Source: an uncultured Verrucomicrobia subdivision 3 bacterium (GTDB lineage Bacteria; Verrucomicrobiota; Verrucomicrobiia; Limisphaerales; UBA11358). From it: DNA of 64,000 nt. The notes beneath the pieces were generated by a model that was given only the letters and a program-made list of their open reading frames with translations, ran no database searches and was not told where the DNA came from. Positions 55,182-64,000 of the stretch are shown here, one piece after another. Positions within the stretch are counted from its first letter, which is position 1. Each line of letters begins with the position of its first letter. The stretch covers positions 2,946 to 66,945 of the forward strand of contig CAIKKJ010000034.1 in assembly GCA_903827955.1 (NCBI GenBank), given 5' to 3'. A program made the translations under genes and the position numbers.

Positions 55182-55424
55182 ATGCTCATCCTCTCGCGCA
55201 AAATCGGTGAAAGCATCGTGATTGATGGACGTATCCACGTCAAAGTCATGCGCGTCGACGGCGAAGTGGTGAAGCTCGGCATCGAGGCCCCGATGGAAGT
55301 GCCCGTGCATCGCCAGGAAGTTTACGAAGAAATCCAGCGCAGCAATCAGGCCGCGCTGACCAAACAAAACGCGCCGCTGCCAAAATTGCCGAAGCTCGGC
55401 GGTGTGTCGAAAAAGTTGAAATGA
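55182..55424 (+). CDS. csrA: carbon storage regulator CsrA
   Basis: MLILSRKIGESIVIDG.I.V.V......VKLGIEAP..V.VHR.EVYE.I. Confidence 0.95.
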   Translation: MLILSRKIGESIVIDGRIHVKVMRVDGEVVKLGIEAPMEVPVHRQEVYEEIQRSNQAALTKQNAPLPKLPKLGGVSKKLK

Positions 55425-55573
55425 ATTTTGCGGCGCAAGCCGCAGCAGTTGTCCAGTGATTATCGTCGTCACTAACCACGATGGCGAGACCACTGGCTCC
55501 TTCCCCGGGCGGGTCAGCAATGGCCCGCCCGGCCTTAAACTCGCACGGATGCGAACTGATTTTATAGCCAAGA

Positions 55574-58500
55574 ATGAACCCTGCATCCAAGCCTGTTCAC
55601 ATTCTGAAACCGCATCGGCCGGAATTTCTCTGGAGCCCCACGCGCACCGAACTCATCACCACCAAATTCATGCGCAACCGCGTGCTCTTCACCACGCTCG
55701 CGCACCAAATGCTTCCGCGGCTGCGAAAGGAAAAGAATCGTCCGCTGCGCCTGCTCTTCTGGGCCTGCTCCACCGGCGCGGAACCTTACACGCTGAAATT
55801 TCTCCTTGGTCCTGACTCGCAAGACGAAATCGTCGGCATTGATTTCGATGCCGGTGCGATCAAGCAGGCGCAATCAGCCGCGTATCATCCGGACACCTGG
55901 ACGATGTTCTTCGACGGCCAGAAGAAACTGCTGACCGAAGCCGAGGTGAACGAATTTTTTGAACCAGCCATGGCAGAACCCACCCGCACCGTCGCGGCCA
56001 AGTATCGCAAAAACGTCCACTTCATGACCGGCGATCTTTTTTCGCTGACGCCAGCGGTTCCCGAAAAAAGTTTTGACCTCGTCGTCTGCAACAACCTCTT
56101 GCTGCATCTCAAAGACGCCACGGCGGATGCCGCGTTTGATTATCTGTTGCGCTATGTCGGCGACGGCGGCCTGCTGCTCACTTCCGGTTGTAATCCCAAG
56201 GTGCGTGCCACGGCGGCCCATCGCCTGAATCTTTTGCCGTTGCCCGAAAAAATCACAGAGATTAGTCAGAACTGGGCGGGCGTCTCCGGCGCATGGCATT
56301 TTGCGCAGCGTCCGGCTTGGGCGTGGCCCGATCTGGTGGAAAGCGACCCCGATTACGCGTTTCAAGCAGGCGAAATCTTCCAGCGCGATCCCGAAAACTC
56401 CGTGGAAATTCAGGCTGAATCTGCTCCTGCTGTCAGCCCGCAAAAATCTTCTCCGAAGAATATCATCATTACCGGCTCGACGTTCTGGAATCCGGGCGAT
56501 GACTTTGTCCGCGAAGGGGTGATCCGCGTGCTACGCGAAACCTTGCCCGGCGAAACGCTTAATTTCCTTTTCTACAATTTTAATCCCGATGCTTTGCCAC
56601 ACGTTGGCGAGCTTCCGCACAGCAACGTTGTCTCTCATGGCGATTTGGAAAGTTTCCGCGACCATGTAGATGCTATCGTCGTTGTCGGCGTCTCAGCGGG
56701 ACACGAGCTGAAACCGCTCTACCGCTGGGTGCTTGCTAATAATCTTGCTCAAAAAGTTTTTCTCATCAGCGGCCATTACGAAAGCCCCTACGCGGCGGAA
56801 CACATTGTGCAGGAACCTGAAGCGTCCATCTTCCGTCAGGCGCGCGTGCTCATTGGTCGCACCACCAAGTATCCCGAATTCATCCGCGATAACAACATTG
56901 CCTATCATCGCGTGAATTGCCCCGCGCTACTGTCTGTGGCGGAAGTCAAAGCTGTTGCTAGTGGGAAAAAAATCGAGCGCATCGGGTTTTCCATCCAGCT
57001 CCCGCCGTCCTTGGGCGGAATCATCAACCAATCCTGCGGCGAGGAACCGTATCGCCTCACGTTGGAAGCGCTGCATTCGTTGGCCAAGGATTACGCGGTC
57101 GAAGTCGTTGCGCATCACAAGACGGAATATTTTCATTTTCTTAAAGAGCTTGCAGGCACCGGAATTCCCGTGGTGTTTTCATCGTTCTATCAGGATCTGT
57201 TTGCGACCTACCGCCGCTACGACTTGGTCGTGACCACGCGGCTGCACACGAGTTTGTTTGCCAACGGCCACGGCATCCCCGGCATCATCATCAACGACAC
57301 TGACCGCCACACGCACGCGCTCGAAGGTTTTCTCCATTCGCCGTGGGTTAATACCCGCGAAACTTTTCAGGCCGCTTTCGCCCGTTGGCAACAGGCTGAC
57401 TTAAGTGCCGTTGCTCTTGAATCACATAATTTCAAATCTGATTTAATTTCCCGCTACGTCCAAATCCTCCGCCCCGCTATGACTGAGCCAACTCAAACTC
57501 CCGTTGCGACTGCCAACACCATTCTCGCGACGGCAAAACATATACCCATCGCGACCAATCTGGACGGCGCGAGCCGCATTCTATTCGTCCGCACGGATTC
57601 CATCGGCGACGCCGTGCTTGCCTCCAGCATGCTGGAGCCGTTGAAGCAGCGTTATCCGAACGCTGAGATTGGCGTGTTGTGCCAGGCGCATGTCGCGGAA
57701 CTATTCGCCGCGTCTCCGTTTGTCAGTTCCGTCATTTGTTACGAGCGTAAACAAGTTGAAACCAATTCTGTCGCCCGCGCAGAAATTCTCGCGGAGATCG
57801 CCGCGTTCAAGCCGGACGTCGTTTTGAATTCCGTCCGCCCGCGTGACAAATTTTCGGATGACCTCACGCTTGCCATCGCAGACACGCTCCACATCGCCAT
57901 CGAAGGCGACCTCTGCAACATCACGCCCGCTGATCGCGCCGCCGCGCGGAACCATTACGAATTTATCATCCCGACGCCGGACGAGCACCGCATCGAACTG
58001 GCTCGTCATTCAGATTTTCTGCGCGGCCTCGGCATCGAAACGTCCTCCTTGCAGCCCGTGACCTGGACCACGCCGGAAGATGAATTGCTCGCGGATGAAT
58101 TCTTCAAAGTGCAGGAATTGAATCCGAATAAAACCATCGCCGTTTTTCCCGGCGCGCAGCACGACGTCCGTGTTTATCGCGGTTATGCGAGCGCTTTAAA
58201 AAATCTTTCCGGCTACCGCTTCCTGATCTTCGGCGACGCTTCGCAGTCCAAGCTGGCTGAAGAAATCGAATTGCAGATGCCCGGCCGCACCGTAAATCTT
58301 TGTGGGCGCTCCACGCTTCGCGAAACGATCGCGCTCGTGCGTCGCTGCCGGCTTTACGTGGGCGCGGAATCCGCCGGGGCGCATATCGCCTGCGCGGTCA
58401 GTGTGCCGAACGTGGTGTTGTTCGGCGGTGGACATTTCGCCCGCTTCATGCCTTACAGCCCGCTGACCTCGTCGGTGGTGTTGCCGCTGAATTGTTTCGG

Positions 58501-59830
58501 TTGCAACTGGCGTTGTTCCTTCAAGCGCCCGCATTGCACGAAAGATCTCGCATCGGATGTCCTCGCCGAAGCCATCCGTCAGACGCTGGAGAAAAAATCC
58601 TCGCGCCCGCGCTTCTTCCTTCAATCCGCGAATTCTTGGAAGGGCGGCATGAACCTGCCGCTTTGGCAGCGACCAGACGCGTGGCTCAAAGGTTTGGACG
58701 CGGAAGTCATCGAAGTGGATAGCACATCAAAAATCACTCCGGATAATTTGGTAGCCGATTTCAAGCTGCCGGTGCCGCCGCCGCCTTCAAACCACGAACG
58801 CGTGGCTTGTCCTTCCTGCGGCGGTCACGATGCCAAGCGCATGCGTCAAAGTGCGGACATTGTGCAGTGCGACACTTGCCAAACCGTTTATCTGCGCACG
58901 CGCCTCACGCGTGACGCAATGCGCAAGCTTTACCAAAGCTACGCCGACGACGGCTCGCACATGGCGTTGCCGAAGTCGCTGGCTGACGCGGAACAAAGCG
59001 GATTGAAGCGCGATTATTTTTTGAATGAAATTTTACAATTCGTGCAACCCGGCGGCGGCTTTCTCGATGTGGGCTGCGGGTGGGGCGCGTTTCTTTTGAA
59101 CGCCCGCAGCAAAGGTTTTTCCCCGCGTGGCATTGAGTTGACGAAAGCCTGCGTGGGCTATGCGAACTCGCAATTGCAGATTCCCGTGACCGATGTGCAA
59201 CTGGATGAATGCGATATCGCGCCCGGCAGCCTGCGCGTGGTAACGATGAACCATGTCTTTGAACATCTTCCGGATCCGCGGGCAGCCTTGAAGAAAATCA
59301 TTGAAGCCTTGGAACCCGGCGGAATGTTCTGCGGCATCGTGCCGAACTTCGATTCCGTCTGCTCGGAAGTCCTCGGTGAAAAATGGTTTTGGCTTGATCC
59401 GAATTATCATTACCAGCATTTCACGCCCGCCACGGTGCGCAAAATCCTGGAAACCGCCGGCCTGGTCGTGGAAAAAATCTATACCGCCACCGGTGATTAC
59501 GGCGTGGAAGCCGTCCGCAAAGTTTGTCAGCAACGCGACCCGCAGTGCGCCGATGATCATTATTTTCAAACCGAACTGGCGCGCTATGAAATAGCCGGGC
59601 ACGGCGAGGAAATTCGTTTCTTCGCCCGCAAACCGGCGACGCCCGCACCTGTTCCGCCCAAAGTCGAGACCATCGCGGATGACAAAATGCTGCTCATCCC
59701 CGAAATCATGCCGGAGCCTGCGCCCGTGGTGTCGGTCAGCCACGCCGAGTTCCACCGCCGCCCGCGGCATCCCGTAAACCACACAGGTTTCCTCGTTCTG
59801 CACGAGGTTGATGGCTCCGGCATTCTTTAA
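55574..59830 (+). CDS. 1418-aa multidomain enzyme: CheR-type SAM methyltransferase + polysaccharide pyruvyl transferase + GT9 (heptosyltransferase-family) glycosyltransferase + zinc-ribbon/class-I SAM methyltransferase
   Basis: FMRNRVLF...LRLLFWACSTGAEPYTL...FDLVVCNNLLLHL (CheR). NPGDDF...TTRLHTSLFANGHGIPGI (PS_pyruv_trans). RILFVRTDSIGDAVLASSMLEPLKQRYP...GAESAGAHIA (GT9). CPSCGG...CDTC, then FLDVGCGWGAF...VTMNHVFEHLPDP (MTase). The last ~65 codons are antisense to cheB. Confidence 0.75.
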   Translation: MNPASKPVHILKPHRPEFLWSPTRTELITTKFMRNRVLFTTLAHQMLPRLRKEKNRPLRLLFWACSTGAEPYTLKFLLGPDSQDEIVGIDFDAGAIKQAQSAAYHPDTWTMFFDGQKKLLTEAEVNEFFEPAMAEPTRTVAAKYRKNVHFMTGDLFSLTPAVPEKSFDLVVCNNLLLHLKDATADAAFDYLLRYVGDGGLLLTSGCNPKVRATAAHRLNLLPLPEKITEISQNWAGVSGAWHFAQRPAWAWPDLVESDPDYAFQAGEIFQRDPENSVEIQAESAPAVSPQKSSPKNIIITGSTFWNPGDDFVREGVIRVLRETLPGETLNFLFYNFNPDALPHVGELPHSNVVSHGDLESFRDHVDAIVVVGVSAGHELKPLYRWVLANNLAQKVFLISGHYESPYAAEHIVQEPEASIFRQARVLIGRTTKYPEFIRDNNIAYHRVNCPALLSVAEVKAVASGKKIERIGFSIQLPPSLGGIINQSCGEEPYRLTLEALHSLAKDYAVEVVAHHKTEYFHFLKELAGTGIPVVFSSFYQDLFATYRRYDLVVTTRLHTSLFANGHGIPGIIINDTDRHTHALEGFLHSPWVNTRETFQAAFARWQQADLSAVALESHNFKSDLISRYVQILRPAMTEPTQTPVATANTILATAKHIPIATNLDGASRILFVRTDSIGDAVLASSMLEPLKQRYPNAEIGVLCQAHVAELFAASPFVSSVICYERKQVETNSVARAEILAEIAAFKPDVVLNSVRPRDKFSDDLTLAIADTLHIAIEGDLCNITPADRAAARNHYEFIIPTPDEHRIELARHSDFLRGLGIETSSLQPVTWTTPEDELLADEFFKVQELNPNKTIAVFPGAQHDVRVYRGYASALKNLSGYRFLIFGDASQSKLAEEIELQMPGRTVNLCGRSTLRETIALVRRCRLYVGAESAGAHIACAVSVPNVVLFGGGHFARFMPYSPLTSSVVLPLNCFGCNWRCSFKRPHCTKDLASDVLAEAIRQTLEKKSSRPRFFLQSANSWKGGMNLPLWQRPDAWLKGLDAEVIEVDSTSKITPDNLVADFKLPVPPPPSNHERVACPSCGGHDAKRMRQSADIVQCDTCQTVYLRTRLTRDAMRKLYQSYADDGSHMALPKSLADAEQSGLKRDYFLNEILQFVQPGGGFLDVGCGWGAFLLNARSKGFSPRGIELTKACVGYANSQLQIPVTDVQLDECDIAPGSLRVVTMNHVFEHLPDPRAALKKIIEALEPGGMFCGIVPNFDSVCSEVLGEKWFWLDPNYHYQHFTPATVRKILETAGLVVEKIYTATGDYGVEAVRKVCQQRDPQCADDHYFQTELARYEIAGHGEEIRFFARKPATPAPVPPKVETIADDKMLLIPEIMPEPAPVVSVSHAEFHRRPRHPVNHTGFLVLHEVDGSGIL

Positions 59831-60721
59831 CTGCTGCATGCCTTGCGCGCCATCGCGCCCCATGCCCGTGAGTAAAACGCCGACGGCATTCGCCCCGGCG
59901 CAACGCGCGGCGGAATTAAACAGCATGTCCACCGCCGGTCGCGTATGGTGTATCGGCGGATCCTGCCGCAACTGAACCCGGTAAGCATTATTTTCCCAAC
60001 CGACGACCATGTGATAGTCGCCCGGGGCAACCAATGCCGTGCCCGGCCGCGCTTCATCGCCATGCACCGCCTCGCGCACTTCCATGGCGCATACCTCATT
60101 CAAGCGGTCGGCAAACGTCTTGGAAAAAATCGGCGGGATGTGCTGCACGATCAAAATGGCCGGCAAACCCTCGGGCAGTCGCATGAGCACGTCCTTGATC
60201 GCTTCGGTGCCGCCGGTGGAGGCGCCAAGCACGATGAGCTGGCGTGACTGATAATTTCCCGCCGCTTCGACGTGGCCGACGGGCGCGGACTTGACCGCCG
60301 GACGCAAATTGGTCAAGCGTGCGCGGATTGCGCCCTTGACGCGACGCGCCAGCTGGTCGCGCAAATCGCCGAGGTTCCAGGCAGACTGCGGCTTGGCCAA
60401 CACGTCCACCGCGCCAAATTCCATCGCGTCCAGTGCGGCCTTGGAGCCAGCCTGGGTCAGCGAGCTGATGATGATGATCGGCATGGGCCGATGCTGCTGC
60501 ATGATGCGGAGGAACGTCAGTCCATCCATGCGTGGCATCTCGATGTCGAGCGTCATCACGTCGGGGTTCAATTCCAGAATTTTTTCGCGTGCCACGAACG
60601 GATCGCACGCGGTGCCGACCACTTCGATTTCTGGATCTTGCGACAAAGCCTCGGTGATCATCCGCCGCACGACGGCAGAATCATCCACAACCAGCACCCG
60701 GATTTTTTTGGCAATGCTCAT
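59033..60721 (-). CDS. cheB: chemotaxis response regulator protein-glutamate methylesterase CheB (recognisable CheB ends near 59735; first in-frame stop only at 59033)
   Basis: REC domain (VLVVDDS...DIEMPRMDG) and methylesterase domain (LGASTGG, VQHIP, TGMGRDGA, VVYGMP). The ~230 codons after GVAD are antisense to the methyltransferase domain of 55574-59830 and are not CheB-like. Confidence 0.8.
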   Translation of the reverse strand: MSIAKKIRVLVVDDSAVVRRMITEALSQDPEIEVVGTACDPFVAREKILELNPDVMTLDIEMPRMDGLTFLRIMQQHRPMPIIIISSLTQAGSKAALDAMEFGAVDVLAKPQSAWNLGDLRDQLARRVKGAIRARLTNLRPAVKSAPVGHVEAAGNYQSRQLIVLGASTGGTEAIKDVLMRLPEGLPAILIVQHIPPIFSKTFADRLNEVCAMEVREAVHGDEARPGTALVAPGDYHMVVGWENNAYRVQLRQDPPIHHTRPAVDMLFNSAARCAGANAVGVLLTGMGRDGAQGMQQLKNAGAINLVQNEETCVVYGMPRAAVELGVADRHHGRRLRHDFGDEQHFVIRDGLDFGRNRCGRRRFAGEETNFLAVPGYFIARQFGLKIMIIGALRVALLTNFADGFHAVITGGGIDFFHDQAGGFQDFAHRGGREMLVMIIRIKPKPFFTEDFRADGIEVRHDAAEHSAGFQGFNDFLQGCPRIRKMFKDMVHRYHAQAAGRDIAFIQLHIGHGNLQLRVRIAHAGFRQLNATRGKTFAAGVQKKRAPPAAHIEKAAAGLHEL

Positions 60722-61593
60722 ACCATGCTCATGAAAGTATCCACCTTATCAAAGGAGGCGCGCACCTCGGCGACCATCGCTTCAAGCCGGTTTTCGTTGA
60801 TGTTCAGCGTAGCGACGGCCTGCGGATTCACGCGCACGGCAAAACCATCCCAGCCCGGCGCGGAACCAGCGAGATGGGCGAGGCAGTTTGCCAGGTGCGT
60901 GACGACGGATAATTTCGGCAGCGGCTCGACCGTGGGGTTATGGTGATTAGCCGTCGCCTCAATGATCTCTTCCGGCAGATGCCATGATTTCAAAAGACAC
61001 GCGCCCACTTCGCCGTGGTCGGTGCCTAAAATGGTCTTTTCCGCCTCGCTGCGGGAAAGTTTCTGCTGCTCGATCAACTGCCGGATGGAAATCTGGAGGT
61101 CCGGCGTGAGCGCCTGGCTCATCACCAGCTTGCCAATGTCGTGCAGCAATCCGACAGTGAACGCGATGGGTTTTTCCACATTCATGCCGGTGGTTTCCAC
61201 CGCGATGATTTCCGCCGCCGAGGCGGTGATGAGCGAATGCCGCCAGAGTTCGCTGGCTTCGACCGCGTAGCCGGGCAGCGGCACGACCATCGCGCTGCCA
61301 AAGGCGAGCGTGAGGACGATGTGCAAAATCTGCTGGTGGCCCAAAATCAAAACGGCCTGATCTACGGAGGTGACCGGTTCATCAAGGCCGAAATACGGCG
61401 AGTTGCAGGCCCGGAGCAATTTCGCGGTGAGAATGTTGTCGCACTTGATAGCGTGGACGATTTCTTCGTTATCGGCCTCCGGCTGATCGAGCAGGTTGAC
61501 GAGCTTGAGCGCGGCCTGCGAAACCGGCGGCAAATTTTTGACGCGAGCGATGAGCTGTTGCGCCGGCGAGGCTGGAGGTAGCGTGGCGGTCAT
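60718..61593 (-). CDS. HDOD domain protein
   Basis: LPPVSQAALKLVNLL.......EIV..I..D..LTAKLLR..NSPYFGL...V.SV.QAV..LG, with an HD-like core LLHDIGKLV. Confidence 0.8.
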   Translation of the reverse strand: MTATLPPASPAQQLIARVKNLPPVSQAALKLVNLLDQPEADNEEIVHAIKCDNILTAKLLRACNSPYFGLDEPVTSVDQAVLILGHQQILHIVLTLAFGSAMVVPLPGYAVEASELWRHSLITASAAEIIAVETTGMNVEKPIAFTVGLLHDIGKLVMSQALTPDLQISIRQLIEQQKLSRSEAEKTILGTDHGEVGACLLKSWHLPEEIIEATANHHNPTVEPLPKLSVVTHLANCLAHLAGSAPGWDGFAVRVNPQAVATLNINENRLEAMVAEVRASFDKVDTFMSMV

Positions 61594-62120
61594 AACGGAT
61601 ATGGGTCGAGGCCCGGAGATTTGATGGTGGTATTGCCGTTGGCGAGGTCGAACCGGATGGTGCGGGACACGAGCCCGCCGGTTTCACCCGCGTGGACGGC
61701 CAGCCCCTGTTGGATCATTAACTTTTTGAACGCGTCCACGTTGCGGATGCCGATGTTGAAAATACCTTTTTCATCCAGCATCTGCGCCCCGCCGGCAACT
61801 TTCACGATGAGCCGCGAGCGATCTGCGCCGAGATTGTAGGCCGCATGGAACAGGCGGGGCACGCCCGTGTCCACAAACATATAGGGCATGGTCACGGCCT
61901 TGGCCGGGTCAATGTTGGAATCAGGCAACATGAGGTGCAACAGTCCGCCAATTTTTTTCAGCGGGTCGTAAATGGTGATGCCGAGACAGGAGCCAAGGGA
62001 GTAAGTCACGATTTCCGCACTGCCGTCGTTGCTCACCGCCATGTCGGCCACGCCAACGACCAAGGTTTTGCGCGGTGGCGGGATGACCCATCTGCTTGTC
62101 GGTGGCATAGTGTAAATCAA
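61590..62120 (-). CDS. cheD: chemoreceptor glutamine deamidase CheD
   Basis: TYSLGSCLGITIYDP....GGLLH.MLP pattern. Stop overlaps the HDOD start. Confidence 0.85.
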   Translation of the reverse strand: MIYTMPPTSRWVIPPPRKTLVVGVADMAVSNDGSAEIVTYSLGSCLGITIYDPLKKIGGLLHLMLPDSNIDPAKAVTMPYMFVDTGVPRLFHAAYNLGADRSRLIVKVAGGAQMLDEKGIFNIGIRNVDAFKKLMIQQGLAVHAGETGGLVSRTIRFDLANGNTTIKSPGLDPYPL

Positions 62121-62396
62121 ATTCGCCGTCCATCCGGGGACGCGTTATCCGTGGCATGTTTTGGCTATCGCCGTTCATGAACCATTTCGTGAAATAAATT
62201 TCGGATTGAACCAGGCGTCCGTGCCGCCCGCCATGTCCAGCCAGTCCAAACTGTCTGGCCAGTGTGGTATCGGCGGCAATCCGCGCCGCTTTAGGAAAGT
62301 TTTGCCGCCGGAAAAAATCTGCCGCCCGCGCTCAAGCTCAGGGCGTTTTCTGCCGAAGAGATGACGGGATGAATTCCCTTTTTGCAGCCATCTGAC

Positions 62397-64000
62397 ATGA
62401 GCGCCATTTTGAACGAGAGCCGACCGGCCACCGTCGCGGAAACCCTTCCGCCGTTGACGCCCAGTCCCGCCAAGCCGCGTGGTGCCGAACAAGAACTGTT
62501 CTGGCAAAACCGCGAGCTGACGGCATTCCACCGCATCTCGGAGGTAATGTTGTCCGGCGAGTCAGAGCAGCTCGTGTTCGACACCATCGCCCGCGAAACG
62601 AGCGGCATGACGGACTTTCCGATGGTCTCCATCGAACTCTGCGATTTTCACCGTGCGGTGATGATCTATCGCGGCGCGCACGGCATCCCGCTGCACGAGA
62701 TGCCCACACCGTTCGAAGTGCCGATGGATGTCACACTCTCCGGCCAGGTCGCGCACACGGGCGAGCCGCTGGTGGAATACAACGTCTCCGACCGCCGCGA
62801 ATACGCCGCGCCCATCCTGCGGCTGTTCGGCGTGCAAACCTTTGTCTGCGTGCCGATCAAGTCAGACGGCAAAATCGTGGGCACACTCTCGCTCGCGCAC
62901 CGCGAAAAAGTTTCCGTCGAGCCGCGCGTGGTGAAAGCCGCATCCAGCCTCGCAAATTATCTCGCCACGCAGTTCGACCGGCTGCTTGCCCGCGAAGCAG
63001 CGCGCCGCAGCGAGGCGGAACTGTCCACGGTCTATGACCGCGTGCCCAATGCGCTGTGCCTGTTCGATGAGGAATTGAACATCATCCGCGCCAACCGCTC
63101 GGCCAATGAATTTGCGGGCCGCAACCGGGAAAAAGATTCACCGGCGCGGCTCGGCGAATTTTTTCGCTGCAAAAACTTTTCCGCCGAACACGGCACCGGC
63201 TGCGGCCAGCCGGCCACCTGCCTCGGCTGCAGCCTGCGGCGCGTGCTGGTGGAAACCCTGACCACCGGCAAAAACTTGCGGCGCGTCAAGATGACCAAAC
63301 CGCTCCAGCGCGCGGACCAGACGGTGCAGGTGGTGCTGCTCGTCTCCACCGAGCGCATCCAGTTTCACAACACCGTCCGCGTGCTGATGTGCCTGGAAGA
63401 CATCACGCAAAATGTCCGCGCCGACGAGCAGATCCGTTCGCAGGCGGCGTTGCTGGACATCACGCGCGACGCAATTTTTGTCCGCGATTTTTCCGACCGC
63501 GTTTTGTATTGGAACGAAGGCGCGCACCGGCTTTACGGCTGGACACCCACCGAGGCGCAGCAGCGCACCAGCACGGAATTGCTGGCGGGCGAAGACCCGG
63601 CGGAAACCGGCCGCGCATTGCAGGCCGTGATGCAGGCCGGCGAATGGACGGGTGAGATGAAACATAAATCCCGGGACGGCCGCACGCTCATCATTCAAAG
63701 CCGTTGGACGCTTATGCGCGAACGCGATGGCAAGCCAAAGGCCATCCTCATCGTCAACGCGGACATCACGGAAAAAAAACAGCTTGAATCGCAGTTGCTC
63801 CGCAGCCAGCGGCTCGAAAGCATCGGCACACTCGCCAGCGGACTGGCCCACGATCTGAACAACGTGCTCGCGCCGATCATGATGGCCGTGCAGTTCATCA
63901 AGGAAAACCACGAGGACGACAGCATCCGCGCGTGTTTCCAAACCCTGGAAACGTGTTCGCGCCGCGGCGCGGACATCATCCGGCAGGTGCTCATGTTCGC
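62397..64000 (+). CDS. GAF-PAS-PAS sensor histidine kinase, 3' end beyond window
   Basis: My own translation from ATG 62397 is open to the window end. A GAF-like segment, two PAS-like segments (a Cys-rich GTGCGQPATCLGC loop in the first) and the H-box ESIGTLASGLAHDLNNVL are present. Confidence 0.8.
   Translation, partial: MSAILNESRPATVAETLPPLTPSPAKPRGAEQELFWQNRELTAFHRISEVMLSGESEQLVFDTIARETSGMTDFPMVSIELCDFHRAVMIYRGAHGIPLHEMPTPFEVPMDVTLSGQVAHTGEPLVEYNVSDRREYAAPILRLFGVQTFVCVPIKSDGKIVGTLSLAHREKVSVEPRVVKAASSLANYLATQFDRLLAREAARRSEAELSTVYDRVPNALCLFDEELNIIRANRSANEFAGRNREKDSPARLGEFFRCKNFSAEHGTGCGQPATCLGCSLRRVLVETLTTGKNLRRVKMTKPLQRADQTVQVVLLVSTERIQFHNTVRVLMCLEDITQNVRADEQIRSQAALLDITRDAIFVRDFSDRVLYWNEGAHRLYGWTPTEAQQRTSTELLAGEDPAETGRALQAVMQAGEWTGEMKHKSRDGRTLIIQSRWTLMRERDGKPKAILIVNADITEKKQLESQLLRSQRLESIGTLASGLAHDLNNVLAPIMMAVQFIKENHEDDSIRACFQTLETCSRRGADIIRQVLMF

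Noticed and set aside
59584-59823. Alternative minus-strand frame (79 aa) as the true CheB C-terminus
   Set aside because: Its translation (…GAGSGMISGMSSILSSAMV…) is not CheB-like either, so it does not resolve the missing stop.
1-64000. CRISPR arrays, rRNA genes, transposases/IS elements and reverse transcriptases (retron or DGR explanation for the repeats)
   Set aside because: No short regularly spaced repeats, no rRNA-like sequence, no DDE/HUH transposase or RT motifs (YxDD) were seen in any listed ORF.

Overview
High-GC (about 60% by eye) bacterial chromosomal window with two very different parts. Positions 1-17.8 kb are a composite mobile or prophage-like island. It holds two diverged phage portal genes (161-1747, 14035-15558) and one head-only module at 9.7-15.6 kb (portal, scaffold, major capsid, adaptor) with no terminase, protease or tail genes. 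It also holds two tyrosine recombinases (one apparently 3'-truncated), a J-domain-like protein, a 3' fragment of tRNA-Met with its terminator, a HEPN + Fic toxin-like cassette and a low-GC secreted DRGH nuclease. The strongest signal is three diverged colinear copies (1921-2330, 4348-4850, 16986-17388) of a 400-500 nt non-coding element. Its helices are kept paired by compensatory substitutions, and the copies sit exactly at the joints between the mobile modules. The island ends at a 5'-truncated PrsK-like histidine kinase (17813-18742). Positions 18.9-64 kb look like core genome: GH28, GH95 and GH35 hydrolases and a heparinase-II/III-like protein; a LMW-PTP/RpiB/GlyA triple fusion; and a complete reductive pyrimidine-catabolism cluster. 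They also include purD, purM, an ECF sigma-TPR fusion, REP-like palindromic elements, and a flagellar/chemotaxis region (flhA, flhF, flgA, flgH, flgI, rod-binding protein, flgN, flgK, flgL, fliW, csrA, cheB, HDOD, cheD). That region contains a 1418-aa four-domain methyltransferase/pyruvyl-transferase/GT9/methyltransferase ORF that overlaps the cheB ORF convergently by 798 nt. Gene style (prepilin-like N-termini, ECF-TPR fusions, PrsK-like kinase) suggests Verrucomicrobiota or another PVC lineage, but this is low-confidence inference. No rRNA, CRISPR array or transposase was seen. All family assignments come from motif recognition by eye and memory, not from database searches.
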